IMG/VR virus record: IMGVR_UViG_3300007541_000026
Span: 1 to 54,654 of that record
Origin: a virus
Taxonomy: Duplodnaviria > Caudoviricetes
Direction: 5' to 3' (one strand)
DNA length: 54,654 bases
How positions within the stretch are numbered: the stretch's first letter is position 1; every line of letters begins with the position of its first letter. Positions 29,374-38,497 of the stretch are shown one piece after another. The position numbers and the translations under genes were made by a program. Under the pieces are notes generated by a model. It searched no databases. It was not told the DNA's origin and worked only from the letters and a program-made list of their open reading frames with translations.

Positions 29374-29744
29374 ACCTGAACATGTTCATGGCTGTGCCCA
29401 CGGTGGACCAATGGCATGACGAGATCGAGGGGGGCTGGCGTGGCCCGGACGGATCGAGTATGTCGACGGACCACATGATGGGCGTGCGGATCGGGCGCAC
29501 GAGTATGGACTACAAGCACGCGAAGCTGCCCGCCAATCTTCACGACTGGCGGTACCAACGAGGGCGGCGCCTGCGTCTCGGCGGGCGATTCAGACATGCC
29601 GCAGACGTCGCGTATCGCGACGACTGCATCACTTACATCCAGCGAAAGCTGGACGGCCGCACGATGATTGCCATCGGCGTGGCCCGCGCATGGGTGCGCT
29701 ACTTTGTCCTCCGCCTCTTCGGCTGGAAGGCGTGGCGCCCCTAA
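29370..29744 (+). CDS. DUF1353 / prokaryotic phospholipase A2-like protein
   Basis: A.LHDW.Y....R..AD...R and Y..LR.FGW..W motifs; ATGA-coupled to the preceding gene. Confidence 0.65.
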   Translation: MNLNMFMAVPTVDQWHDEIEGGWRGPDGSSMSTDHMMGVRIGRTSMDYKHAKLPANLHDWRYQRGRRLRLGGRFRHAADVAYRDDCITYIQRKLDGRTMIAIGVARAWVRYFVLRLFGWKAWRP

Positions 29745-29779
29745 CAATTTAGTACGGCTTCGGGGGTTGCCGTGCGTTC

Positions 29780-29817
29780 GACGGGGGGAGTCCAAAGTGG
29801 GCTCCCCCCGTCTTTTT
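29780..29817 (+). terminator. Terminator ending the late arm
   Basis: GACGGGGGGAGTCCA-AAG-TGGGCTCCCCCCGTC followed by TTTTT, at the convergence of the two arms. Confidence 0.85.
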
Positions 29818-29953
29818 GCGTTTGGGGTCTCCGATCTCCGTCACGAGACCAGTATCCCCATGTTGGCGGGCCTTACCTCTACCTCGCCCTAACCGGGTCC
29901 ACCGTGACGGGCGTCCGGGACTGGCGCAGCAGGCGGTCTCCGCACAGGAGTTG

Positions 29954-30172
29954 TCAGAGGTCAGGATCCCAGTTGCCGCGGACGGTGAGGGTCAGCGACA
30001 CGTCACCGATGCAGAAAGCCGCGTCGTCATTCAGCTCGACGCCGTGGCAGCCGAAGTGGTCGTTGACTGACCGGACGCTCGCCTTGATGTCTCTGTAGGC
30101 CATCTTGGTCGTCGAGCACCCACCGAGCAGGACCATGATCGCGGTCAGAACCAGAATGCCGAAGGCTAACAT
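29954..30172 (-). CDS. Small putative lipoprotein
   Basis: TAATG coupling; MLAFGILVLTAIMVLLGG-C lipobox-like sequence; two more Cys. Confidence 0.6.
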   Translation of the reverse strand: MLAFGILVLTAIMVLLGGCSTTKMAYRDIKASVRSVNDHFGCHGVELNDDAAFCIGDVSLTLTVRGNWDPDL

Positions 30173-30375
30173 TAGGAGTCGCACTTCAGCCACCCGACCA
30201 CCACGAGGTTCGCGTCGTACACGCCCACAGCCCACCGGCCCTCCTCCGTCACAACGGGCAGGGCCTGAAAGCCCTCCTCGAAGCCTTCCGCGAAGGGCAG
30301 GCAGTTGCGCGCCGTCCCCGCAGTCTCGCTGTACTCATACTCCGTTCGCTCTTCGATGTCCTTCGTGATCCTCAT
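30172..30375 (-). CDS. Hypothetical protein
   Basis: GGAGG SD, TGATG coupling with dNMP kinase. Confidence 0.65.
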   Translation of the reverse strand: MRITKDIEERTEYEYSETAGTARNCLPFAEGFEEGFQALPVVTEEGRWAVGVYDANLVVVGWLKCDS

Positions 30376-31007
30376 CACACACTCCTCCATCCAATGAACC
30401 GGAGCGCCGTGTCGACCGCCCCTCGTTGAAGCAACTCGATCTCGCCGTCGCCGATGAACAGCTCTTGGTCCACCTTGATCTGGTTGCCCTGCCGCTCCGA
30501 GATGTGCGCCGAGGCAGCCGTGCCCTCGGTAGTGCCTTCCCTATGGATGCGAACCACTCGCACCCGTTGGAACTTCTCGCGCAGGAACTGGACCTCGTTG
30601 AGGAAACGCGCATCCGTCACGACCCACAGTCGGCTCGGACCGTCGGCCATCTCTGCCTGCACCACGTCATGGAGCGCAGCGTAAAGCCAGACGTCGTCAT
30701 TGAGCTGCCGGAAGATGTCGGTCCCCACATGCTGGAGGATCTGGCGTCGCGTCAGCGTCTCGCCTCCGCGGACCACCTGCGGTGTTCCGTCGAAGTACAA
30801 CGCCTGCGCCTCCTTGTAGGTCAGGTCCGTGTCGAGCTTCTCGCGGTTCCACCCGTAGATGCGAGCCGTGGCGTCCTTGAGCGCCGACGCGAACTTGAGG
30901 TTGCGAGAACCTGGGATCGCATCCAGCACCGCGGCAGCCGCGGTGTCCTTCCCGGCGCCAGCCGCGCCAACAAAGACAAGTGCGTTCTGCATGATGTCGT
31001 CATCCAT
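30375..31007 (-). CDS. Deoxynucleoside monophosphate kinase
   Basis: G.AGAGKDT P-loop, FA..LK, T.RQILQ.VGTD..R and VVTDARF.NE. Confidence 0.92.
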   Translation of the reverse strand: MDDDIMQNALVFVGAAGAGKDTAAAAVLDAIPGSRNLKFASALKDATARIYGWNREKLDTDLTYKEAQALYFDGTPQVVRGGETLTRRQILQHVGTDIFRQLNDDVWLYAALHDVVQAEMADGPSRLWVVTDARFLNEVQFLREKFQRVRVVRIHREGTTEGTAASAHISERQGNQIKVDQELFIGDGEIELLQRGAVDTALRFIGWRSV

Positions 31008-31458
31008 TTTTCTCTCCTCCCATCGCGTCTGCCAGCTTCTGGATCAGCCGCTCCTTAGTGTTCTCGTCGATACCGAGGTACTCGAACGCGTCGCCCTGCA
31101 GTGATGATACGACGTCATTATATGCTGCCGCGAACTTGATACCCCACTCGGCATCATGGTCCTGTTCGCGCTCTGCCTCGTACCGACCGGATCGGTACTG
31201 GGCGGCGTGGGCCAGCTCGTGGACGAAGATCTGTCGCTGGAGCAGGGCGACCAGCTCCTCCCGGCTGAACTCCGCCATCGAAGAGATGCGAATCATCCCG
31301 AAGTCCAGCTCGCCATCGCCCTCTACGTCCCACGTCTCCACCTCGAACTCCCCGAGGTTGTCCAGATCGTCCATGATCTGGACTTCGACCTCGTCGAAGC
31401 TATAGGGGTGCAGCTCGCCGAAACTCTCGGCCATGCGTTGCATATCTTTTCTGGTCAT
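31000..31458 (-). CDS. Zinc metallopeptidase-like protein (SprT-like)
   Basis: HELAH followed by H..EW motif. Confidence 0.65.
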   Translation of the reverse strand: MTRKDMQRMAESFGELHPYSFDEVEVQIMDDLDNLGEFEVETWDVEGDGELDFGMIRISSMAEFSREELVALLQRQIFVHELAHAAQYRSGRYEAEREQDHDAEWGIKFAAAYNDVVSSLQGDAFEYLGIDENTKERLIQKLADAMGGEKNG

Positions 31459-31700
31459 TGTCGGGGCCTCCACATCTCCATCAGGCGGAAAGCCTCGTGA
31501 CGCGCATCCTCTGCGACGCCCATGACCATCTCCGCGGCGATAACCTCCATGGGGTAGTCATGCCCCGGCGCGTAATCAAGGAAACCTCTGAGCCAGGACA
31601 GGGCTCCGATGAGGTCGACCACAGTCTGCGTGGCGCCAACGTGCTCGGCCTCCTTGATCCGCTGCTGGATCGCAGCTTCGAGCTTCTCTCCGTTCGTCAT
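31455..31700 (-). CDS. Hypothetical protein
   Basis: AGGAGG SD; promoter immediately upstream. Confidence 0.65.
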   Translation of the reverse strand: MTNGEKLEAAIQQRIKEAEHVGATQTVVDLIGALSWLRGFLDYAPGHDYPMEVIAAEMVMGVAEDARHEAFRLMEMWRPRQ

Positions 31701-31720
31701 CAACTCCTCCTTTCTCTTCC

Positions 31721-31749
31721 AGTATAGCACGGGGTGCTCATTTCTTCAA
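31721..31749 (-). promoter_or_regulatory. Promoter, variant of phage consensus
   Basis: Minus strand TTGAAGAAAT-GAGCACCC-CGTGCTATACT. Confidence 0.75.
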
Positions 31750-33123
31750 TTCCAGGAGCAGCTTTCGCTGCGTCGCATCCTTGCGGCTCAGCGCCCGGAA
31801 CGCCTTCCTGTCGACCGTACCCTGCGCGACCGCGTGGTGGATGAACACCCCCTGCGTCTGGCCCTGCCTCCAGAGCCTCGCGTTGAACTGCTTATACAGC
31901 TCAAGGTTCCAGATGATCGAGTACCAGTAGACGTGGTGGCCGCCCGCCTGAAGGTTCAGGCCGTGGCTGGCCGCTGCCGGATTGATGAGCAGCATGGCTA
32001 GATCGCCCGCGTTCCACTGCTCGATCAACGCCGCGTCGTCTTCGGCCTTGGTCGTCTCCCCGATGTAGCGCGGGGTGAAACCGAACCGCTCCTTGACCTC
32101 CAGCTTGATCTGGCTCAGGTCATGCTTGAACTCGTACGCCACTAGGAGCGGCTTCCCGCCGAGCTGTTCGTACAGGTCGCACATGTCGACCGCCTTCTCT
32201 CGGTGGAGCCACTCGATCCGCCTCGACTCGGAGTCTACCGCGAACCCATCGTCGGAGAGATAGACCGCGCCGTTTGCGACCTGCCTGCACTTGGAGGTCG
32301 CCACGCCAGCGTTGGCTGCGACGACCTGCCCACCTTCGACCTCGACCCACATCTCACTCTCCAGCTCCTTGTACAGCTTCTTGGCCTCGGTGGGCAGCGT
32401 GATCGTGCGTTCGACCATGACCATGTCGGGGAGGTTCAGGTGATCGAGGGCGTCCAGTCGCACCGAGTGAGGGGCGATCGCCTTCGTCACGGAGTCGTAG
32501 CTCGCCGAGGATGGCTCCCAGATCGTACCGAACGGCAGCACCTTGGCCCGGAAATAGTGGTCTCCGCGGAACTTCGACAGAGATCGGCCGAGGATGTCAT
32601 CCCCAAGAACTTTGAACTGCCCGAAGAGGTCTTCGACGCCGTTCGGCGCAGGTGTCCCGGTCAAGATAAACTTGAACGGGATCGCCTTGGCGACCTTGTA
32701 GATAGCCCGAGATCGACTCGACGTGCTGTTCTTGAACAGCGTCGACTCGTCGACGTAGAGGACGTCGAAGTCGAACAGCGCCGTGTGGTTCTGGACCAGC
32801 CACGTGAGGCCCTCCGGGTTGATGACCGTGATGTCCGCTGCGTTGACCTTGTTGATGTCCTTGCCCTTGCCGTGAGCGACGTGGACGCTGAACTTCTGAA
32901 AGTTGGACCACTTCTTGACCTCGGTCGGCCAAGTAGAGTGGCACACACGCAGGGGTGCGACGATCAGGGCACGCTCAGCGATGAAGGTCTCTCGGCGTCG
33001 CCGAAAGTCCTCAAGGCACGTCGCGGTCTTCCCCATCCCCGGATCTAGGAGTAGAGCCAGTCGGCCCTTGTCCATCATCTGCTCCAGGACTTTCTCCTGA
33101 TACTCGTGAGGCTTGAATCTCAT
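31738..33123 (-). CDS. SNF2-family helicase
   Basis: H.YQ, LDPGMGKT, VDES, LTGTP.PN, HGLNLQ and Q.NARL.RQGQ motifs. Confidence 0.93.
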   Translation of the reverse strand: MRFKPHEYQEKVLEQMMDKGRLALLLDPGMGKTATCLEDFRRRRETFIAERALIVAPLRVCHSTWPTEVKKWSNFQKFSVHVAHGKGKDINKVNAADITVINPEGLTWLVQNHTALFDFDVLYVDESTLFKNSTSSRSRAIYKVAKAIPFKFILTGTPAPNGVEDLFGQFKVLGDDILGRSLSKFRGDHYFRAKVLPFGTIWEPSSASYDSVTKAIAPHSVRLDALDHLNLPDMVMVERTITLPTEAKKLYKELESEMWVEVEGGQVVAANAGVATSKCRQVANGAVYLSDDGFAVDSESRRIEWLHREKAVDMCDLYEQLGGKPLLVAYEFKHDLSQIKLEVKERFGFTPRYIGETTKAEDDAALIEQWNAGDLAMLLINPAAASHGLNLQAGGHHVYWYSIIWNLELYKQFNARLWRQGQTQGVFIHHAVAQGTVDRKAFRALSRKDATQRKLLLELKK

Positions 33124-33403
33124 TTCCAAACTCCTCCATGAACTGGTCAACCTGCTCGCGGGTCCAGCAGACTTCTGCCCGGAACCCGAGTTTTTGCAGC
33201 AGATTGAGGTAGAACTTCTGAAGCGGCTGAAAAGCAGAGTCCTTGCTTTTCTTGTATTCGATGAACCCGACCACGCCGCCCTTGAAGAACGTGTGGTCGG
33301 GCCAGCCGCCCCCGCCGAGTACGCCTAGCTTTACAGCGTAGATTCCACGCTTCGCGGCTTGCGCGGCGCCGTACCTCTCCAACGCCTTCTCACTGGAGGC
33401 CAA
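33011..33403 (-). CDS. VRR-NUC endonuclease / Holliday junction resolvase
   Basis: GAGGAGG SD with TTG start; SE..LE, GWPD...., FIE.K and PLQ......L...G motifs. The C-terminal tail overlaps the helicase start. Confidence 0.85.
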   Translation of the reverse strand: MASSEKALERYGAAQAAKRGIYAVKLGVLGGGGWPDHTFFKGGVVGFIEYKKSKDSAFQPLQKFYLNLLQKLGFRAEVCWTREQVDQFMEEFGNEIQASRVSGESPGADDGQGPTGSTPRSGDGEDRDVP

Positions 33404-33824
33404 GGCGGACCTCCTCGATCGCGTCGAGCATCGGGCGCAGGCTGAACAGGTTGATGGCCTCCAACTCCCCGCCGACCATCGCGTCAAAGTACTCCGCGCG
33501 CATCTTGTCGCGAATGCTCGACCCGTCTACCCCGGCACCCGCCGCCATCTCGTCGAACTGCAAGCGGAAGGCTCGGCCGGGGGGTGTCTCGTCCCGGAAG
33601 ATCTCATCGTACGCCACGAGAAGCTGGCGGAGGGCCACGATGAGGCGCATAGCCCCGTCTACTTTCCGGGCCGTCAGGTACGCGATCTTCGCCCCGACCA
33701 TGTCGTACACATCGGTGACGTGCCGCAGCCGGTCGAGGTCTCCCTCGACCATCGCGAGCTGCTCTAGGGCGTCTCGGAACTGCCCCACGATCCTCTGAAC
33801 CTCTCCCCCACGGAACTCAAACAT
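33390..33824 (-). CDS. Hypothetical protein
   Basis: AGGAGG SD, typical codon usage. Confidence 0.7.
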   Translation of the reverse strand: MFEFRGGEVQRIVGQFRDALEQLAMVEGDLDRLRHVTDVYDMVGAKIAYLTARKVDGAMRLIVALRQLLVAYDEIFRDETPPGRAFRLQFDEMAAGAGVDGSSIRDKMRAEYFDAMVGGELEAINLFSLRPMLDAIEEVRLGLQ

Positions 33825-33836
33825 CTTGTCCTCCTT

Positions 33837-34154
33837 TCACGCCTGCTTCATGCAGAATGAGGCGGTGAGCATGAGCCCGACGCCGGTAATGGTCCAGCGG
33901 AGGTCTAGTCCCTCCTCCAGAACCATGTGAGAATTTACCACGCGCAGCACCGACATGGTGACTGTCCACGTGATCCACGCCGTCATCACGTTCGGCGCCT
34001 TGCTGAAAATCGAGTACAAGCAAAACTGCGCGACTATGATGAACGGAAACGCGTAGGCAATGTACTCCAGGAAGGTGTCCTGTGTTCTGGAGTACAGCTC
34101 GACTCTGGTGATACAGAGGGTTCCGATGAGGACCGCTGCCAGTGTTTGCCACAT
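33837..34154 (-). CDS. SMR/DMT-like four-TM membrane protein
   Basis: 105 aa, four hydrophobic segments, Glu near the end of TM1, P....AW..W and E.LD....GV.L pattern. Confidence 0.6.
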   Translation of the reverse strand: MWQTLAAVLIGTLCITRVELYSRTQDTFLEYIAYAFPFIIVAQFCLYSIFSKAPNVMTAWITWTVTMSVLRVVNSHMVLEEGLDLRWTITGVGLMLTASFCMKQA

Positions 34155-34215
34155 CTTTTCCTCCTTTCTCGGGGGTTGGCGGGGGCTGTGCAGGCCCCCG
34201 CCGTCCCTCTGGTTC

Positions 34216-34244
34216 ACTGTAGCACGAGAACTAGCTGCATTCTC
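34216..34244 (-). promoter_or_regulatory. Degenerate copy of phage promoter consensus
   Basis: Minus strand GAGAATGCAG-CTAGTTCT-CGTGCTACAGT, same spacing. Confidence 0.55.
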
Positions 34245-35940
34245 GCCGACCCGTCATCGGATCAATCCCGCAGCTCGCGGCTTCCTCCTCGACCTCCTCG
34301 GGCGTCTCTTCGAGGATTCCGCCCCGAAGGCCACCGACTCGGAAGGTCGTGACGCCCTTGCACCCACGCTTCCAAGCCTGCATGTAGACGTTCTTAAAGT
34401 CCTCCCAAGCGATGTCCGTCGGCACGTTGATCGTCTTCGAGATCGACTGGTCCACGAACGGCTGACACGCTGCGAGCACGTCGAGGTGCTCGGTGGGCGT
34501 CAGCTCGCCCGCGGTCCGGCCCTCGACTCCGAAGATTCGGACGCCGTAGTCCTCGACCGACTCCGTACGCTGACCGTCGGCCAAGTGTACCACGCGGTCG
34601 AAGCGGTGCGCGAACACCGGCTCCAGACCAGACGACACGTTGTCCGCAGTCAGACTGATCGTGCCCGTCGGAGCGATGGCGAGCAGGTGCGAGTTGCGAA
34701 TCCCGTGCTTGAGGATGCCCTCGTGGATCTCCTGCGGCAGCCGCTGAGCGAATCCACTCATCAAGAACTCCTCAGCATTGAGGAGCGGGAACGCGCCCTT
34801 CTCCGCCGCCAAGTCGATCGACGCGCGATAGGCCTCGTCGCGCAGGGTCCGCATGATGAATTGCGTGCCCTTGACGAACGCCTTCGAGCCGTACGGAGCC
34901 CCGAGAGCCTCCAGAGCGTTTGCCAGCCCGGTTATCCCGATGCCGATGCGACGCTTCTGCTTCATCTCGTCTTCCTGCTCCGGCAGGGGCCAGATGGCAG
35001 CCCGGTCGATCACGTTGTCGAGCGCCCGAACCGCCACAGGGATGTCGGCAAGGAACCTCGTCGTATCGAACTCACCGCGGGCCAGATCAACATACTTGAC
35101 GAGGTTGAACGAGCCCAGCAGGCACGCGCCGTACGGCGGCAGCGGGATCTCGCCACAAGGGTTGGTCCCCGTGATCGTCTCGCAGTACGCGAGGTTGTTC
35201 TCCGCGTGGATCCGGTCGATGAAGATCACGCCGGGCTCGGCGTAGTCATACGTGGAGCGCATGATCATTTCCCAGAGCGCACGCGCCCGGACCGTCTTGT
35301 ACACCTTGTCCTCGAAAGTCAGATCGAAATCTAGGTCGTTCTCCACCGCCACCATGAACTGGTTCGTCGCCAAGATGGACATGTTGAAGCCCGTCAGCGC
35401 CGAGGTGTTGTTCTTGGCGTGGATGAACTCCTCGATGTCCGGGTGATCGACACGGATCACACCCATCTGGGCGCCGCGTCGGTGGCCGCTCGAAGCGACA
35501 GCTCGACCCACGGCGTCGAAGATGTGCATGAAGGAAACCGGACCGCTCGACGCCGAGTCCAGCTTTTTGATCGTGGCGCCGCTCGGGCGCAGCGTCGAAA
35601 AGTTGGTCCCGATCCCACCGCCCAGCCGCATCGTCGCCGCCGCCTCGGTGGCGCGCTGCATGATGTTTCCATAGCCATGGACGAAGGAGTCCGAGATGTC
35701 GCCGCTCATATAGCAGTTGATCGGCGTTACGGTCTTCATCGCGCCCATGCTCGCCTGTACGCGCCCGCCCGGGAGGAACCGCTGGTTCACCAGCAGGTCC
35801 TGTAGCGCGCGGAAGTGCGCCTCGTCGTCACGGAGCGCGCCCGCCACTCTGTTCATCGCCTCGGTGAACGTCTCACCTTTGCCTCGATACTTCTGTGCGT
35901 GCAGTTCGTCGCTGAACGCAATCTGCGGCCCTCTAGCCAT
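34231..35940 (-). CDS. nrdJ: Class II (adenosylcobalamin-dependent) ribonucleotide reductase
   Basis: FLPGGR, NCY, RRGAQM, TNPCGE.PLPPYGAC.LGS, APTGTIS, DQSISKT.N; C-terminal Cys pair; no beta-subunit gene nearby. Confidence 0.9.
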   Translation of the reverse strand: MARGPQIAFSDELHAQKYRGKGETFTEAMNRVAGALRDDEAHFRALQDLLVNQRFLPGGRVQASMGAMKTVTPINCYMSGDISDSFVHGYGNIMQRATEAAATMRLGGGIGTNFSTLRPSGATIKKLDSASSGPVSFMHIFDAVGRAVASSGHRRGAQMGVIRVDHPDIEEFIHAKNNTSALTGFNMSILATNQFMVAVENDLDFDLTFEDKVYKTVRARALWEMIMRSTYDYAEPGVIFIDRIHAENNLAYCETITGTNPCGEIPLPPYGACLLGSFNLVKYVDLARGEFDTTRFLADIPVAVRALDNVIDRAAIWPLPEQEDEMKQKRRIGIGITGLANALEALGAPYGSKAFVKGTQFIMRTLRDEAYRASIDLAAEKGAFPLLNAEEFLMSGFAQRLPQEIHEGILKHGIRNSHLLAIAPTGTISLTADNVSSGLEPVFAHRFDRVVHLADGQRTESVEDYGVRIFGVEGRTAGELTPTEHLDVLAACQPFVDQSISKTINVPTDIAWEDFKNVYMQAWKRGCKGVTTFRVGGLRGGILEETPEEVEEEAASCGIDPMTGRRECS

Positions 35941-35956
35941 TATCTCGATCCTCCTT

Positions 35957-36208
35957 TCAGATACAGTAGTTGTCGACGCCCGGATCGCACTCTGCGATCT
36001 CGTCGTTCTCTTCGCCGTCGAGCAGGTCGGCCAGGGCCCGGAAGTCATCCGAGCAGACCCACACTCCGGTCTCCAGCGCCTTCATGCAGACGTCGCCGGT
36101 CTCGACATTGAGCCGATAGAACATACTGCCCTCCGACCAGACCCGGTAGGGCTCCTTAGCCACCAGCCCGTAGTAGATCGCGGCTGCGATCAAAAGTGCC
36201 CGAATCAT
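35957..36208 (-). CDS. Small membrane-anchored/exported protein with 4 Cys
   Basis: N-terminal MIRALLIAAAIYYGLVA; ATGA-coupled to PolA. Confidence 0.65.
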   Translation of the reverse strand: MIRALLIAAAIYYGLVAKEPYRVWSEGSMFYRLNVETGDVCMKALETGVWVCSDDFRALADLLDGEENDEIAECDPGVDNYCI

Positions 36209-38388
36209 TTTCGGTACCTCTTCCCAATCCAGCCGTCCGCGGCGGCGACCGGGAACCCATCGGCCCAGTCCGGTACGCGCGACAGCATCTCTTCAAACTC
36301 CTCGACCGATCCCTGACCCTCAGGGACCTCTGCGATGACTTCGTCGTGGACTGTCAACAGCGGCATGTACTTGCCGTGCTTGTAGATCTCCAGTAGAGCG
36401 GAGACCATGACGTCTCGACTGACTGCCTGTACGACGTTCTCCGTCAGCTTGCCACCATACGTTTCCTGACGGGAGAACTTGCGAGTCTGCGAGTTGAGGC
36501 CCATGAACGTGAGTTGGGTTTTGACTTTCAGCCCCTCCCACTCGGCCTTCTGCACAGACCAGCCCTCTCGGAGGGCCGTGGCGTACATCTCCTGCTTGTC
36601 ATCATCCTGCCACTTCGAGATGATCCTCTGGACGCGCGGCTCGTAGTAGTGCAAGCACCGCCCAGACGGCAGCCGGATCTTCAGGAAGTCGTCCTCGACG
36701 AACAGCCGAAGCCGACCGAACGTGACCCCGGGGCTCCCCGGAGAGGCTGCCTCCTGCGCCGCGCGCTCGATGCCGTACCAGAACTGCTTGACGGCCTGAT
36801 GTGAAGACCTGTACGTATTCACGACCCGCTTTGCAAAGTCCTCGTCGATGTCGATGCCATAACCTTGGCAAGTGTCGGCGAACTTCGCCGCGCCCATCTG
36901 GTAGCCCAAGCCGAGAATGGCCTGCTTGCCCATCTGTCTCTGGTCCTTCGTCACCTCCTCGTACGGGATGCCGTAGATGTCGACGGCCATCTGCTTGTAG
37001 ATGTCTTTGCCTTGCCGGAAGATTTCCAGCGCGGCCTTGTCATCTGCGATCCAGAAAGTCCCACGCGCCTCGATCGACGAATAGTCCGAGCAAATCAGGT
37101 CATAGCCCGGCGCAGCCATAATCGCGCCGCGCAGTGCCGACGAAAGCACCTCCATCGTGGAGCCATAGAGCAGCTCGATCATGTCTCGGTCGCCATCCAG
37201 AATCAGCCCGCACAGGTCCTCGATGTCGGCGTTGACCGAACCGCGAGGCATGTTCTGGGGCTGAATCAGACGACCTGCCCAACGACCCGTGTCTGCGCCG
37301 TGGTATTGCAGGAGGCCTCTCGTTCGCCCGTCAGCACCGACCGTCTTGAGCATGGCCGGATACTTCTTGACCGAAGACTTCGCTTGGTACAGGCGAACCT
37401 GGAGAGCCTGACGGGCCGTCTCGCCCCACGACGGGTCCTGAACCGCGGCCTCCAGCGTCGGGCGCTGGGTGTCCGGGAGGACGCCCTCGCCCAAGCCATT
37501 GATCCAGTTGAGGAGAGCCTCACGCTGCGTAATGCTCGTGACGTGACCATCAGTCAGCCTAGCCATCTCGTCGTTGGCCTCGTCCGCGCACTGCTCGGCC
37601 ATCGAGATGGCCTGCCGAGCGAGATCCGTATCGATCGTCACGCCGCGGGCGTTCATCTCCTGATCCATGGCCCAGACTTCGTGCTCGACGCCAAGGTCGC
37701 CGCCGAGGCGCTCGGACAGGGCGTGCTCAGTCTCGACGTCACGGAGGCAGTACTGGAACAGCAGCTCCAGCTCGTCGACCTTCTCGTGCCAGACATTGAG
37801 CGCCGAGACTGCGGGGACGTTGCGGTAGAGCCTCTTCAGCTCGTACATGTTCTTGGGCTTGGCGACGTCCTTCCACTCATCGCGTGAGCCAAACAGGTGG
37901 GCAGCGATCAGCTCCAGATCCGCCTTGAGGGGGAGACGAGGCCGACTGATCTTTTTCATGATGCGCGCGCCTTTCTCGTCCTTGCGGACGTCGAGGCCGA
38001 GGGCCTCGGCGGCGGCGCCGAGAGATCGGGGGAGTGCATGCATCGAAGCGAGGGCCATGGAGCAGCGCCACTGCTCCGGCTGCACGGAGGGCCAGCCCAG
38101 CTTCGGGACGCAGTGCTTCTCCCAAAGGGCACGCTCGAACCCCACGTTGTGGGCTTCAAGGATCGCGCCGTCGCGGATGGCCTCGAAGAACTCTTCGAGC
38201 AGTCCGCGGTTCGTTTCGATGATTCCGACGGAGGGGTAGTCAGGGTGCCAGAGGAAAGAAGTGCCATCAGGCCGGAGCACAGCGAGGCACATGAGTTCAG
38301 TCGTCTCGTCTTCGGCGTAGCGCCAAGCGCCCGTTTTGGTCAGGTCAGCGGCCGACCGGGTCTCGAAGTCGATTGTGAAGCGTTCCAT
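36205..38388 (-). CDS. polA: Family A DNA polymerase with 3'-5' exonuclease
   Basis: DFET, HN..FER and YC..DV exo motifs; TGRW, DYSSIE.R, RQMGKQAILGLGY and TVHDE polymerase motifs. AAGGAG SD before ATG 38388. Confidence 0.95.
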   Translation of the reverse strand: MERFTIDFETRSAADLTKTGAWRYAEDETTELMCLAVLRPDGTSFLWHPDYPSVGIIETNRGLLEEFFEAIRDGAILEAHNVGFERALWEKHCVPKLGWPSVQPEQWRCSMALASMHALPRSLGAAAEALGLDVRKDEKGARIMKKISRPRLPLKADLELIAAHLFGSRDEWKDVAKPKNMYELKRLYRNVPAVSALNVWHEKVDELELLFQYCLRDVETEHALSERLGGDLGVEHEVWAMDQEMNARGVTIDTDLARQAISMAEQCADEANDEMARLTDGHVTSITQREALLNWINGLGEGVLPDTQRPTLEAAVQDPSWGETARQALQVRLYQAKSSVKKYPAMLKTVGADGRTRGLLQYHGADTGRWAGRLIQPQNMPRGSVNADIEDLCGLILDGDRDMIELLYGSTMEVLSSALRGAIMAAPGYDLICSDYSSIEARGTFWIADDKAALEIFRQGKDIYKQMAVDIYGIPYEEVTKDQRQMGKQAILGLGYQMGAAKFADTCQGYGIDIDEDFAKRVVNTYRSSHQAVKQFWYGIERAAQEAASPGSPGVTFGRLRLFVEDDFLKIRLPSGRCLHYYEPRVQRIISKWQDDDKQEMYATALREGWSVQKAEWEGLKVKTQLTFMGLNSQTRKFSRQETYGGKLTENVVQAVSRDVMVSALLEIYKHGKYMPLLTVHDEVIAEVPEGQGSVEEFEEMLSRVPDWADGFPVAAADGWIGKRYRK

Positions 38389-38434
38389 GTTTTTTTTCTC
38401 CTTATCGCCCACCGCCGTGGCTGGGGCTGGAAAG

Positions 38435-38497
38435 GAGACGGGCGACCCGGGCGGCTCTTGGGACCTGTGTATGGTCAGCCGCGGGGTCGCCCGTCTC
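38435..38497 (-). other. Long imperfect hairpin in the SSB-polA intergenic leader
   Basis: GAGACGGGCGACCC/GGGTCGCCCGTCTC 14-bp stem plus nested GCGGCT/AGCCGC and GACC/GGTC. Confidence 0.7.

Noticed and set aside
29860-29900. Pistol or HDV-like ribozyme (GGTTAGGGC...GCCC on the - strand)
   Set aside because: I could not build the required P1/P2/P3 topology or catalytic junctions; kept only as a generic structured-RNA candidate.
29878-29956. UGA readthrough or selenocysteine extension of the small lipoprotein (TGA CAA followed by an open frame)
   Set aside because: The extension is short, with no recognisable SECIS or homology support.
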